This document shows positions 27,109-33,729 of a stretch of 40,000 nt of DNA, one piece after another (the stretch's first letter is position 1; every line of letters begins with the position of its first letter). Position numbers and translations under genes: made by a program. Origin of the DNA: Bacillus sp. 28A-2 (GTDB lineage Bacteria; Bacillota; Bacilli; Bacillales; Bacillaceae); contig NZ_JACXXE010000012.1 of NCBI RefSeq assembly GCF_014764715.1, positions 18,248 through 58,247 of the forward strand. Direction: 5' to 3'. The notes beneath the pieces were generated by a model, which was not told the origin of the DNA, made no database searches, and saw only the letters and a program-made list of their open reading frames with translations.

Positions 27109-27453
27109 TTACTTGATGTAAAATTCGCTAGTGTAGAATGTTCCAAGGGTTGCAACATGATTGCCCTTTTTGTCGTAACGTTCCACATCAACTTTAAAGC
27201 GATAAGTGCCTTTCTTGTTATCAAGTGATTCCTTGATACCGAATTCATCGTACTGTTTTTCACCTGGATTAAGCGGGTTAGGTGAATTCGTTTTGATTGT
27301 GACCCATTTCCCTTCAACTTTTCGTTGAGGAATAAGGTTGGGACCAGCACTAAAGTCGTTGTGGTTTTGTACCGCAATTCGTACAACCTTATCCTCTCCA
27401 ATTTTGTGATTAGCTTTTGTCGGGTTCGCCGACACTCCAAATCCTGATGCCAT
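27109..27453 (-). CDS. Stand-alone moron protein, beta-rich, unknown function
   Basis: About 114 aa from ATG 27453, 9 nt after AAAGGGAG. It has no signal peptide. Terminators flank it on both sides, so it forms its own transcription unit. Confidence 0.5.
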   Translation of the reverse strand: MASGFGVSANPTKANHKIGEDKVVRIAVQNHNDFSAGPNLIPQRKVEGKWVTIKTNSPNPLNPGEKQYDEFGIKESLDNKKGTYRFKVDVERYDKKGNHVATLGTFYTSEFYIK

Positions 27454-27540
27454 GCTCTTCATCTCCCTTTTTATATTTTTGCGCTCCTATCCCTCACCAA
27501 AGCACGTGCAGCCATACACCCAAAAGACGACTGTTCCCAT

Positions 27541-27565
27541 AAAAAAAGACGCCCCAAGGGACGCC
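27541..27565 (-). terminator. Intrinsic terminator after the CotD-like gene
   Basis: On the minus strand GGCGTCC pairs with GGGGCGTC (7 bp including two G-U pairs, 4-nt loop), followed by TTTTTTT. Confidence 0.55.
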
Positions 27566-27590
27566 AGTACAAAGTATTAATTTTAAAATA

Positions 27591-27875
27591 TTATCTATCC
27601 ACACGACGGCAACAAGGATTCTTCAAGTCACTTCCACAATCGTATTCTTCGACATAGCATTTATTCTCATAAGATTCTGTTACAGGATAGAAATTCTTAA
27701 TTCTTTTGATATGTTTATTTACATTTGTAATGTGAGTCGGATGGATTCGTCTGATAGTGCTCTCGCTTGTTGTTGTTCTTACAATATTACGTGTTGGAGA
27801 AACAATTGTTTCGTCCTGACCATTATTTCCCCTACGAGAACCAAAGAAAAAATCGTCCATTCTGTTGCGGCTCAT
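27591..27875 (-). CDS. CotD-family (inner spore coat protein D-like) protein
   Basis: 94 aa from ATG 27875, 8 nt after GAAGGAG. IHPTHITNVNKHIKRIKNFYP and the Cys-rich tail (CYVEEYDCGSDLKNPCC) resemble the CotD family (recall). Confidence 0.55.
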   Translation of the reverse strand: MSRNRMDDFFFGSRRGNNGQDETIVSPTRNIVRTTTSESTIRRIHPTHITNVNKHIKRIKNFYPVTESYENKCYVEEYDCGSDLKNPCCRRVDR

Positions 27876-27911
27876 ATAAAACACTCCTTCAACAGTTTTG
27901 ACTTTACGTCA

Positions 27912-27938
27912 CATACTATGAAAAAAAAGTCAGGTTGT
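27912..27938 (-). promoter_or_regulatory. Possible mother-cell (sigma-K-like) promoter: AC, 16 nt, CATAgtaTG
   Basis: On the minus strand AC is at 27938-27937 and CATAGTATG at 27920-27912, about 30 nt upstream of the CotD-like SD. This is one mismatch from my recalled AC-N16/17-CATANNNTA consensus. Confidence 0.25.
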
Positions 27939-27984
27939 CCTAAGCACTTATCATAAAAAATGAAAAATCCACTTAATAACTATG

Positions 27985-28164
27985 TTACTTTCTTCTAATG
28001 CGTCCACCATGTCGTTTGTAAGTTTCGCGTCTCGTTCCCATGATTTCTTCCCAATCCCTATTCGTAATGGGATCAGCATCGCTCTTCTTCTTTCTAATAG
28101 AACCAGAAGCAATGCTTTTAAATTGCTTTAATGTCTCTTTAGAAACAGAATCCCTGATCTTCAT
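27985..28164 (-). CDS. Small basic protein, unknown function
   Basis: 59 aa from ATG 28164, 8 nt after AAGGAG: MKIRDSVSKETLKQFK...RHGGRIRRK. Confidence 0.4.
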   Translation of the reverse strand: MKIRDSVSKETLKQFKSIASGSIRKKKSDADPITNRDWEEIMGTRRETYKRHGGRIRRK

Positions 28165-28417
28165 TTCACTCGCTCCTTGCCGAATAAGCACCACCTTACG
28201 CTATTCGCTTAAATTAGATTTTGCAATGATGACTACACTCCGAGAGGATGCCAAGTACAGTCAATCATCAAGTAAAATGAAAAACTGTCCTCGATACGGC
28301 CACCGCAGACCAGCTGCTATCCAGGCTCAGAATGTCCCTCTCGTATGACCACATTCCTCAACACCTTTGTTCCGTATCCAGATACGCCATTGATAAGGGA
28401 AAGACGCGTCTCCCAAT

Positions 28418-28473
28418 AAAAAAAGCGGACACCAATCAAGGCACTCTTAAAGTGCTCAATGATCAGCGTCCGC
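28418..28473 (-). terminator. Orphan long hairpin plus T7 (terminator-like) with no upstream ORF
   Basis: Outer stem GCGGAC pairs with GTCCGC (28473-28468 / 28430-25) and inner stem GCACT pairs with AGTGC. TTTTTTT follows on the minus strand. Confidence 0.5.
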
Positions 28474-28542
28474 AGGTTCTTCCTTCTGGACAAATATTCA
28501 CGTTCGTTTTGCTTGTCTCTATCATACGATGATCCACTTAGG

Positions 28543-28600
28543 AAAAAAGGTCCCCTTTTTATCCCCCTTTTTGTCGGCTTTTTCTCGGTTTTTTCTCGGC
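28543..28600. repeat. Helically phased T/A tracts with degenerate direct repeats of about 11 bp (ctcgg(c/t)ttttt)
   Basis: T-tracts start at 28556, 28568, 28579 and 28589, a spacing of 12, 11 and 10 bp, after an A6 at 28543. Read directly from the sequence. Confidence 0.8.
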
Positions 28601-28605
28601 AATGC

Positions 28606-28637
28606 AAATAAAAAAAGTGCCCATAAACATGGACACT
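28606..28637 (-). terminator. Intrinsic terminator after the immunity gene
   Basis: agtgcccat (28616-28624) pairs with atggacact (28629-28637), 8 of 9 bp, with a 4-nt loop. T7 follows on the minus strand. Confidence 0.6.
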
Positions 28638-28646
28638 TTGGTTCTA

Positions 28647-29132
28647 TTATTCCCAAAACGCATCTCCTTCAGAATCAATATAATTCTGAAGGAAAGTTTC
28701 AAAATCTACATCAAGCAGCCTATATTCTAAACCATCTTCAAATAGATAAAGGTTGGAATTTTCCTTATTTAGTATCAAGTGGCACCCTTCAAAAAGAGCA
28801 GCAATAGCTGTTCCATCAACCTGATCAAAAAAATCATTAGACAACTCGGATTCGATTTCTTCTAAACTGAAAACGTGTAATCCTCCACCAACCTTGTTCC
28901 CAAAAACTATGTCTTCAAATATTCTTGCGCCATTATGTAGACATAAAAACTCTTTGAGATCGTCAGGCAATGTATGATGTTTCTTTTCAAATTGTTTTAT
29001 ATTTTCTTGATCGGCTGGGGCATTGAAGGTACAGCACTTTTCATAGACTTCACCGTCTACCGAGAATTTGATGATGTTCTTCTCATCTAATTGATTTTCA
29101 AGTTTTTCTAATATCTGCACGATCCTACTCAA
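28647..29132 (-). CDS. SMI1/KNR4 (SUKH-1) family immunity protein
   Basis: 161-aa ORF. LPDDLKEFLCLHNGARIFED is the hallmark SMI1/KNR4 core. A TTG start 4 nt after AAGGTGA lies 12 nt after the toxin stop. Confidence 0.7.
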   Translation of the reverse strand: MSRIVQILEKLENQLDEKNIIKFSVDGEVYEKCCTFNAPADQENIKQFEKKHHTLPDDLKEFLCLHNGARIFEDIVFGNKVGGGLHVFSLEEIESELSNDFFDQVDGTAIAALFEGCHLILNKENSNLYLFEDGLEYRLLDVDFETFLQNYIDSEGDAFWE

Positions 29133-29143
29133 TCTTTCACCTT

Positions 29144-30127
29144 CTATCTATATCCTCTCCACCAAGGAGAAACCTCTTGTTGATGCAGCGTTCTTGTGAG
29201 TGCATATAAATTACCCATTTTATTATCTCCACCATATTCTAAAGGAATAACATGGTGAATGTCTAAACCAGACCAATCCCATTTAGGATCGCCGTATTTA
29301 CCAATATACCATCTGATATATTTATTACGGATATCCTTATCTCTCTTAACTCTATCTTCAGGCTTATACCATTTCATATTTGCTTTTGTTGGTGCAGGCA
29401 ATGATTTACCACTATGACTATTATGAATTTGCGGATATTGATAAGCATTTTTATTAACTAAATATGTTTCAGTTGTACTCTGTTTAGTACCTGGGGCACT
29501 TCCGACCCAACCGGCTGTCAGTATATCAGATTTGTACACAAATTTCGTTTTCACCATTTTATACGTTTTAGATGCTGTAGCACCAACTTTTATCTGAGAA
29601 CCGGTAAATTCTTTAGTATACGTTGAAATTGCGTTATATTTCCCCGCGTAATCATCTCCTACAAATAGGGTGCTTCCTACAATTACAATAACCGGCTTCG
29701 CTTTGCCTATAATGCTACGAATTGTGGAACTATGAGTAATTGACTTTTTCGATTGATCTAACTTAAACAATGTATCAATGACAATTGTATTTGCGACTTT
29801 AGTATTAGCGTCTGGAGTCTTATTAGTATTTTTATTCTTAGTATTTTTATTCTTAGTGGATGGTTGCAGCACTACGGTGTCACCCTGTGGCATATTTCTT
29901 TGAGGTGGCTCATGAGGTTGGTTTTTAAATTGTTGTCTTGCTTGGTCAATTATATCAGATTTACTCTGTATTTCTTTTGCATGTCCATTTTCGTCAACTT
30001 CTAGTACATGTGTCTCTTTGTATGTTGTGATACCGTCCTTTGATTGACTAGCTTCAGCATCACTTGTCCATAACCATGCCGTCAACAGAAAAACCATAAA
30101 GAAAATCGAATAAGCAAATTTCTTCAT
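29144..30127 (-). CDS. Sec-signal protein with a C-terminal HNH (colicin-DNase-like) nuclease toxin domain
   Basis: The signal peptide is MKKFAYSIFFMVFLLTAWLWTSDAEA. The C-terminus is LDIHHVIPLEYGGDNKMGNLYALTRTLHQQ (HH...GG...N...H). It is followed by a SUKH gene. Confidence 0.6.
   Translation of the reverse strand: MKKFAYSIFFMVFLLTAWLWTSDAEASQSKDGITTYKETHVLEVDENGHAKEIQSKSDIIDQARQQFKNQPHEPPQRNMPQGDTVVLQPSTKNKNTKNKNTNKTPDANTKVANTIVIDTLFKLDQSKKSITHSSTIRSIIGKAKPVIVIVGSTLFVGDDYAGKYNAISTYTKEFTGSQIKVGATASKTYKMVKTKFVYKSDILTAGWVGSAPGTKQSTTETYLVNKNAYQYPQIHNSHSGKSLPAPTKANMKWYKPEDRVKRDKDIRNKYIRWYIGKYGDPKWDWSGLDIHHVIPLEYGGDNKMGNLYALTRTLHQQEVSPWWRGYR
29824..29853. repeat. 15-bp tandem duplication (TAGTATTTTTATTCT x2) encoding KNKNT-KNKNT
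   Basis: Read directly from the sequence. It lies inside the toxin linker region. Confidence 0.9.
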
Positions 30128-30211
30128 TCTGATACTCCTTTTCCAATTTATTTACAACAAATCCAATATACAATATATGTATCTATTTATAAATGATCCT
30201 AAAATACCATA

Positions 30212-30248
30212 TATACAAAAACAGCACTCATATGATTCCGAGTGCTGT
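30212..30248 (-). terminator. Intrinsic terminator overlapping the ArpU stop codon
   Basis: A perfect 9-bp stem (acagcactc 30221-30229 / gagtgctgt 30240-30248) with a 10-nt loop is followed by a TTTTT run (its first T is the last stem base) on the minus strand. Confidence 0.6.
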
Positions 30249-30611
30249 TGAAAGATTAAACGTCGCTTGCTTCTTCAATTTGTAATACCGGTCTTTCTTC
30301 AGACCCAGTTCTTCACACACCTCCAAATCCTTCACCACACGTGATGTCAGGTATTTCATACGGATGATGTCTTGCTCAATTTCATCTAGGCTGTTTTCTA
30401 GCGCTCTTTCTATCTGCCGGACCTTCAGTTCGTTTAAAGCTTCCTGGTTCCTGAGAGAAGGAAAAAGGCCTGTTGCGCCGTTTGCCTCCTGTTCCTTTCT
30501 GTTTTCTTCCTTCACCTTAAGGGCTCTATAAACCTTCAGCTCCTTGATCAGAGCATTCCGGACTTGTTTCTCATCGATCCCTGGCAGTAAACACAATTGT
30601 TCAGCTCTCAT
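30228..30611 (-). CDS. arpU: ArpU-family phage late transcriptional regulator
   Basis: 127 aa from ATG 30611, 9 nt after AGGAGGAGG. The C-terminal LDEIEQDIIRMKYL...GLKKDRYYKLKKQA fits the ArpU/sigma-region-4-like pattern (recall). Confidence 0.65.
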   Translation of the reverse strand: MRAEQLCLLPGIDEKQVRNALIKELKVYRALKVKEENRKEQEANGATGLFPSLRNQEALNELKVRQIERALENSLDEIEQDIIRMKYLTSRVVKDLEVCEELGLKKDRYYKLKKQATFNLSTALGII

Positions 30612-30776
30612 GCTTCTCAACCTCCTCCTATAAACAATGAAAGACATAAACAAACACTAATCTCTTATACAAATTCGAAAGTCTAAATTTGCGCATAAAA
30701 ATAAAAAAATTAAAGACTTATAAGTTAATAAACCCTTTAGTAAACTAAAAATAAATTTAGCACTGGAGGGAAATCA

Positions 30777-31160
30777 ATGTCTTTTTTATATTTATTTCTA
30801 GCAGTAATAGGTGAACTTATTGGGTCATCAATGCTTAAAGCATCTGAAGGATTTACAAAAATATATCCCACTATTAGTTTAATACTCTCTTTTGTAGGAT
30901 CATTCTTCTTTTTATCATTAGCTATGAAAACTATTCCATTAAATACTGTATATGCACTTTGGTCTGGTATAGGGATAATTGCTACAACTATAATTTCAGT
31001 TCTAATCTGGAAAGAAAAAATAAATGTGGCCAGCTTTACTGGAATTACTTTAATTCTTATAGGTGTAGTAATACTAAATCTTTTCGGGCCTGGACATGGT
31101 GAAGCAAAAAGTGATGAACACACAAAGACAACATTAGAATATTCAAATGAAACGAAATAA
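30777..31160 (+). CDS. SMR-family (QacC/Smr/EmrE-like) small multidrug efflux protein
   Basis: 127-aa ORF with four TM segments, the conserved membrane Glu (IGELIGSSMLK) and the LKASEGFTK and WSGIGI motifs, like staphylococcal Smr. SD GGAGGG precedes it. It is on the plus strand. Confidence 0.85.
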   Translation: MSFLYLFLAVIGELIGSSMLKASEGFTKIYPTISLILSFVGSFFFLSLAMKTIPLNTVYALWSGIGIIATTIISVLIWKEKINVASFTGITLILIGVVILNLFGPGHGEAKSDEHTKTTLEYSNETK

Positions 31161-31171
31161 AGATGTACAAG

Positions 31172-31200
31172 AGAAGAATCTTCATTGAGAAGATTCTTCT
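31172..31200. terminator. Perfect 12-bp hairpin between convergent genes (probable bidirectional terminator)
   Basis: agaagaatcttc (31172-31183) pairs with gaagattcttct (31189-31200) around a 5-nt loop. TATGTTTCT follows on the plus strand. Confidence 0.6.
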
Positions 31201-31283
31201 TATGTTTCTATACGCCATTTGATATCACCCAGCGCCATCCAAAGCCCTTCATATGACATGTTTTCAGATGGTTTAAATTCCAT
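31200..31283 (-). CDS. 27-aa micro-ORF (MEFKPSENMSYEGLWMALGDIKWRIET)
   Basis: It is not in the ORF track (under 60 aa). A strong SD (GAGGGAGGAAC) sits directly before ATG 31283. It ends in the terminator hairpin. Confidence 0.3.
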   Translation of the reverse strand: MEFKPSENMSYEGLWMALGDIKWRIET

Positions 31284-31294
31284 ATGTTCCTCCC

Positions 31295-31495
31295 TCAGAA
31301 AAGTGTCAGCTGTTCCTGGTGTTGTTCTTTTTCCTTTATTAAAAAATGCCTGGCTTCAAATGCTCCATAGTGTGAGCCAGGACTATCAAATTTTGATACA
31401 TAATAATGAGCGGAACCGAGAGGAAAGAGAAAGTATTCTACGCCCTTTTCTAACGGTGTAAACTCATCAGTGAGACATATTCCCTTCAAGCTCAT
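31295..31495 (-). CDS. Small phage protein, unknown function
   Basis: 66 aa from ATG 31495 (MSLKGICLTDEF...). An ATGA overlap couples its start to the stop of the upstream gene. Confidence 0.45.
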   Translation of the reverse strand: MSLKGICLTDEFTPLEKGVEYFLFPLGSAHYYVSKFDSPGSHYGAFEARHFLIKEKEQHQEQLTLF

Positions 31496-31716
31496 GCCAC
31501 GCTTTCCCATGGCAACCGCTCGACCCTTTTCATACTTCCGGCGCAACCGACTCGACCGATATTTCGGCGTGCTGCTTGATAGGTAGAATACGTGTCATAC
31601 TCGCTCCATTTTCCTTCTGCAAGTAAATCAGAACGCCAATAGGCAACATATCCGCTCGCTGTATTGACGATACAAAATTCAGCATCCGGAGATTTTGAAT
31701 ACCAGATTTCTTTCAT
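31492..31716 (-). CDS. Small phage protein, unknown function
   Basis: 74-aa ORF with GGGAGG 8 nt before the ATG. Confidence 0.5.
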   Translation of the reverse strand: MKEIWYSKSPDAEFCIVNTASGYVAYWRSDLLAEGKWSEYDTYSTYQAARRNIGRVGCAGSMKRVERLPWESVA

Positions 31717-31748
31717 TTTGACTGCCTCCCTGCAGGAGGAAGCTCCTG

Positions 31749-31952
31749 CTATTTTATTTTGTGTGAACTCGAGTAATTTAAATTTGTGAATTGGCCGTCA
31801 CGTGTAGTGATTTCCGTTTTCCCGTAAATAGGTGCTTCAGCTAAAAATGCTTCGTTGGAATGGCCATCTAGGATAATGACTTTAACTTCTCCTTTTTCAA
31901 AAAGCAGATCAATTGAGATGTTAGAGTCTATATGTTTGTAAGGATTATTCAT
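31749..31952 (-). CDS. Small phage protein, unknown function
   Basis: 67 aa from ATG 31952 (MNNPYKHID...). The track's earlier ATG is part of the GGGAGG SD. Confidence 0.45.
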   Translation of the reverse strand: MNNPYKHIDSNISIDLLFEKGEVKVIILDGHSNEAFLAEAPIYGKTEITTRDGQFTNLNYSSSHKIK

Positions 31953-32024
31953 GCGCACAAGGCCTCCCATGTTATAATGAATTGTCGAGATTCATTAGAG
32001 CCGGAGCCTTGTGCTTTGGTTCTT

Positions 32025-32306
32025 TTATTTGCTCTGGAGAGCTTGCAAATCACGTACATACATTTCAAATAGATGCTTGTCCTTTATGTCTAAGGACAAA
32101 TTAATCAGATCCTTTAAGCCAGCTTCAGTGATTGCCACATCTAAGTTTTTAGCCCAATGTTTAGGAACAGCCGTAGACTTTCCTTTAGGCGGCTTCACTA
32201 AAAGTTCATATTCAGAGATTTTCACGACGTAACCAGATATATGAAACATTCTGCGATTAACTTCACCCAAAGCTTCCACCCAATCGCCTTCTACAATCTT
32301 TCTCAT
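32025..32306 (-). CDS. Small phage protein, possibly IDEAL-domain-like
   Basis: 93 aa from ATG 32306, 9 nt after AAGGAG. The C-terminus LINLSLDIKDKHLFEMYVRDL loosely resembles the IDEAL motif (recall, weak). Confidence 0.4.
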   Translation of the reverse strand: MRKIVEGDWVEALGEVNRRMFHISGYVVKISEYELLVKPPKGKSTAVPKHWAKNLDVAITEAGLKDLINLSLDIKDKHLFEMYVRDLQALQSK

Positions 32307-32461
32307 TTCCTGAAGCTCCTTCCACACTTCGAGCAGTAAGGACCATTGAAAACCCGCGTGCTAAATTCCAACCAATAACCACGCTGCACCGAAACTATAT
32401 TTCTACATTTGAAGCAAAAGAAGTGCTTATTTTTGAAGAAAAACTTGATTTTTTCAATCAT
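32303..32461 (-). CDS. 52-aa zinc-ribbon micro-protein (CxxC...CxxC)
   Basis: Hand translation gives MIEKIKFFFKNKHFFCFKCRNIVSVQRGYWLEFSTRVFNGPYCSKCGRSFRK. ATGA overlaps occur at both ends. It is below the ORF-track cutoff. Confidence 0.4.
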   Translation of the reverse strand: MIEKIKFFFKNKHFFCFKCRNIVSVQRGYWLEFSTRVFNGPYCSKCGRSFRK

Positions 32462-32592
32462 TCGACAACCCTCCATCCTTTCTTAATCCTACTGACTAGT
32501 TCATATTTTTTAAGTGGTTCATAGAGGTGGACGTGCCGTCCACCCTCTTTGCGATAAAGCAAGAACCACCGTTTCGAGCGTTTGCGTGCCAT
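32458..32592 (-). CDS. 44-aa basic micro-protein
   Basis: MARKRSKRWFLLYRKEGGRHVHLYEPLKKYELVSRIKKGWRVVE. The ATG lies 1 nt after the stop of the 232-aa gene. This is the non-overlapping tail of the track's 111-aa ORF. Confidence 0.3.
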   Translation of the reverse strand: MARKRSKRWFLLYRKEGGRHVHLYEPLKKYELVSRIKKGWRVVE

Positions 32593-32593
32593 C

Positions 32594-33292
32594 TTATGCA
32601 GCCCCGTCTTCCTCATCTTTTTGATCATCTTTAGGAAGATCGTATTCATCTGGACCGCTATCCTCTGACCCCTTTTCGTCTTCAGCTGCTTCTTCAGCAA
32701 TTTCCTTTTGCATCGGTTCAGCTTCGTTGGCTTGATCCTCTTTCCAATCCCACCATTTTTCAGCAAGCGGAGCCACTGCCGCTCGGTAATCATTAATCAG
32801 ATCAACGACGGCGCCGGATGACATCTCAAGCTCTGTGGCCAACTTACTGTAAGATTCTCCTTCAATGCGTCGTTTCACGATATCTGCCATATTCTCAGGG
32901 AAACCTTCCTGTTCTGGAGCCATACCTTCAATGATGAATTGATCCACCACTTCACGCTTAATCTCCATCGGCTTTTCTTCAATTTTTGGTTTTTCTTCAG
33001 GCAAACCAAGTTCAGCTTCGAGTTGTTCTGACTCAGGTTTTGCTATATGGACAACGCCGCTTTGATCTACTTCATAATTTACAATTGGTCGTTCGGTGTT
33101 TGCGTTAATCTGCACATTATAGCGGACAATGTCACTTTCAATCTCTACTTTCACGTCCTTATCAATCATTTCTGCAAGATTTTGAATTCTGTTACCAAGC
33201 TCCTTTGTTGGCACTTCCAACACTAATTCTGTAATCCCTTTAGGCTTGTGATTCATTTTTTTAACTTTTCCATTGAAATTTATAAAAGACAT
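32594..33292 (-). CDS. Phage protein with a putative HTH and an acidic tail, unknown function
   Basis: 232-aa ORF with a strong SD (GAGGAGGAA, 5 nt). RRIEGESYSKLATELEMSSGAVVDLI looks like a sigma-region-4/HTH segment. Confidence 0.5.
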   Translation of the reverse strand: MSFINFNGKVKKMNHKPKGITELVLEVPTKELGNRIQNLAEMIDKDVKVEIESDIVRYNVQINANTERPIVNYEVDQSGVVHIAKPESEQLEAELGLPEEKPKIEEKPMEIKREVVDQFIIEGMAPEQEGFPENMADIVKRRIEGESYSKLATELEMSSGAVVDLINDYRAAVAPLAEKWWDWKEDQANEAEPMQKEIAEEAAEDEKGSEDSGPDEYDLPKDDQKDEEDGAA

Positions 33293-33729
33293 ATTTGTTC
33301 CTCCTCGTGGGTTGGTGTAAGAGTAGATACTTCGACTTCAATTCTTGGTGTGCTGCTGTAGAACTTACTTACATGCAGATCAACAATTTGACTATCATCC
33401 TGCCAGATGACCTTATTTAAACCGTCTTTTATTCCTTTGATGTAGTTATCAACATCTGGCTTCTTAGCAGGTCTCAACTCGCCTCTTTCAGCTTCTGCGG
33501 CCTTTTTCTTGCTGAAGCTTTTTAGTAGGGATTTGTAAACTTTAACCCTCAATTCCAGAGGACCTGTAAGGAGTTGTTCGGGACGATGATCACTAGCAGC
33601 CAGCTTCACATAAGACTTAAAATCTCTTGATTTTTTCGGATCATACAGCCTTGTAATCCCATTTCTGTGTGCAGCCCTCGGTCTTCCTTGTGCAACTGGT
33701 TCTGCGTAAATGGTGAATGCTATTTTCAT
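33280..33729 (-). CDS. rusA: RusA-family Holliday junction resolvase
   Basis: 149-aa ORF. AQGRPR near the N-terminus, KPDVDNYIKGIKDGLNKVIWQDDSQIV and its size are typical of RusA. Confidence 0.8.
   Translation of the reverse strand: MKIAFTIYAEPVAQGRPRAAHRNGITRLYDPKKSRDFKSYVKLAASDHRPEQLLTGPLELRVKVYKSLLKSFSKKKAAEAERGELRPAKKPDVDNYIKGIKDGLNKVIWQDDSQIVDLHVSKFYSSTPRIEVEVSTLTPTHEEEQICLL

Noticed and set aside
27066-27440. 124-aa minus-strand ORF overlapping the 114-aa moron in another frame
   Set aside because: It extends through the perfect terminator hairpin at 27079-27103 and has no SD. The other frame has the SD and stops just before the terminator.
28317-28607. 96-aa minus-strand ORF and the overlapping 66-aa (28332-28532), 92-aa (28529-28807) and 102-aa (28040-28348) plus-strand ORFs in the non-coding island
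   Set aside because: None has a ribosome binding site. The 96-aa and 66-aa ORFs cross the hairpin/T7 terminator and the phased T-tracts, and all have implausible compositions. I treat the region as non-coding.
30654-30776. Possible guanidine riboswitch (ykkC, mini-ykkC or guanidine-III) upstream of the SMR gene
   Set aside because: The leader is AT-rich and short. It has no ACGR-loop hairpins or GC-rich pseudoknot elements.
30737-31123. 128-aa minus-strand ORF
   Set aside because: It is the antisense shadow of the SMR gene, which carries clear family motifs and an SD.
31219-31461. 80-aa plus-strand ORF downstream of the SMR gene
   Set aside because: It starts after the SMR terminator, has no SD and is antisense to the coupled small minus-strand genes.
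31975-31997. 8-bp inverted repeat TAATGAAT/ATTCATTA with an embedded plus-strand TATAAT
   Set aside because: The stem is short and AT-only, with no -35 box and no U-tract. It is most likely fortuitous in an intergenic spacer and is not reported as a feature.
32458-32793. Full 111-aa minus-strand ORF
   Set aside because: Its first two-thirds overlap the 232-aa gene in another frame, with Lys/Arg-rich shadow composition. Only the terminal 44 codons, starting 1 nt after the 232-aa stop, were kept, at low confidence.
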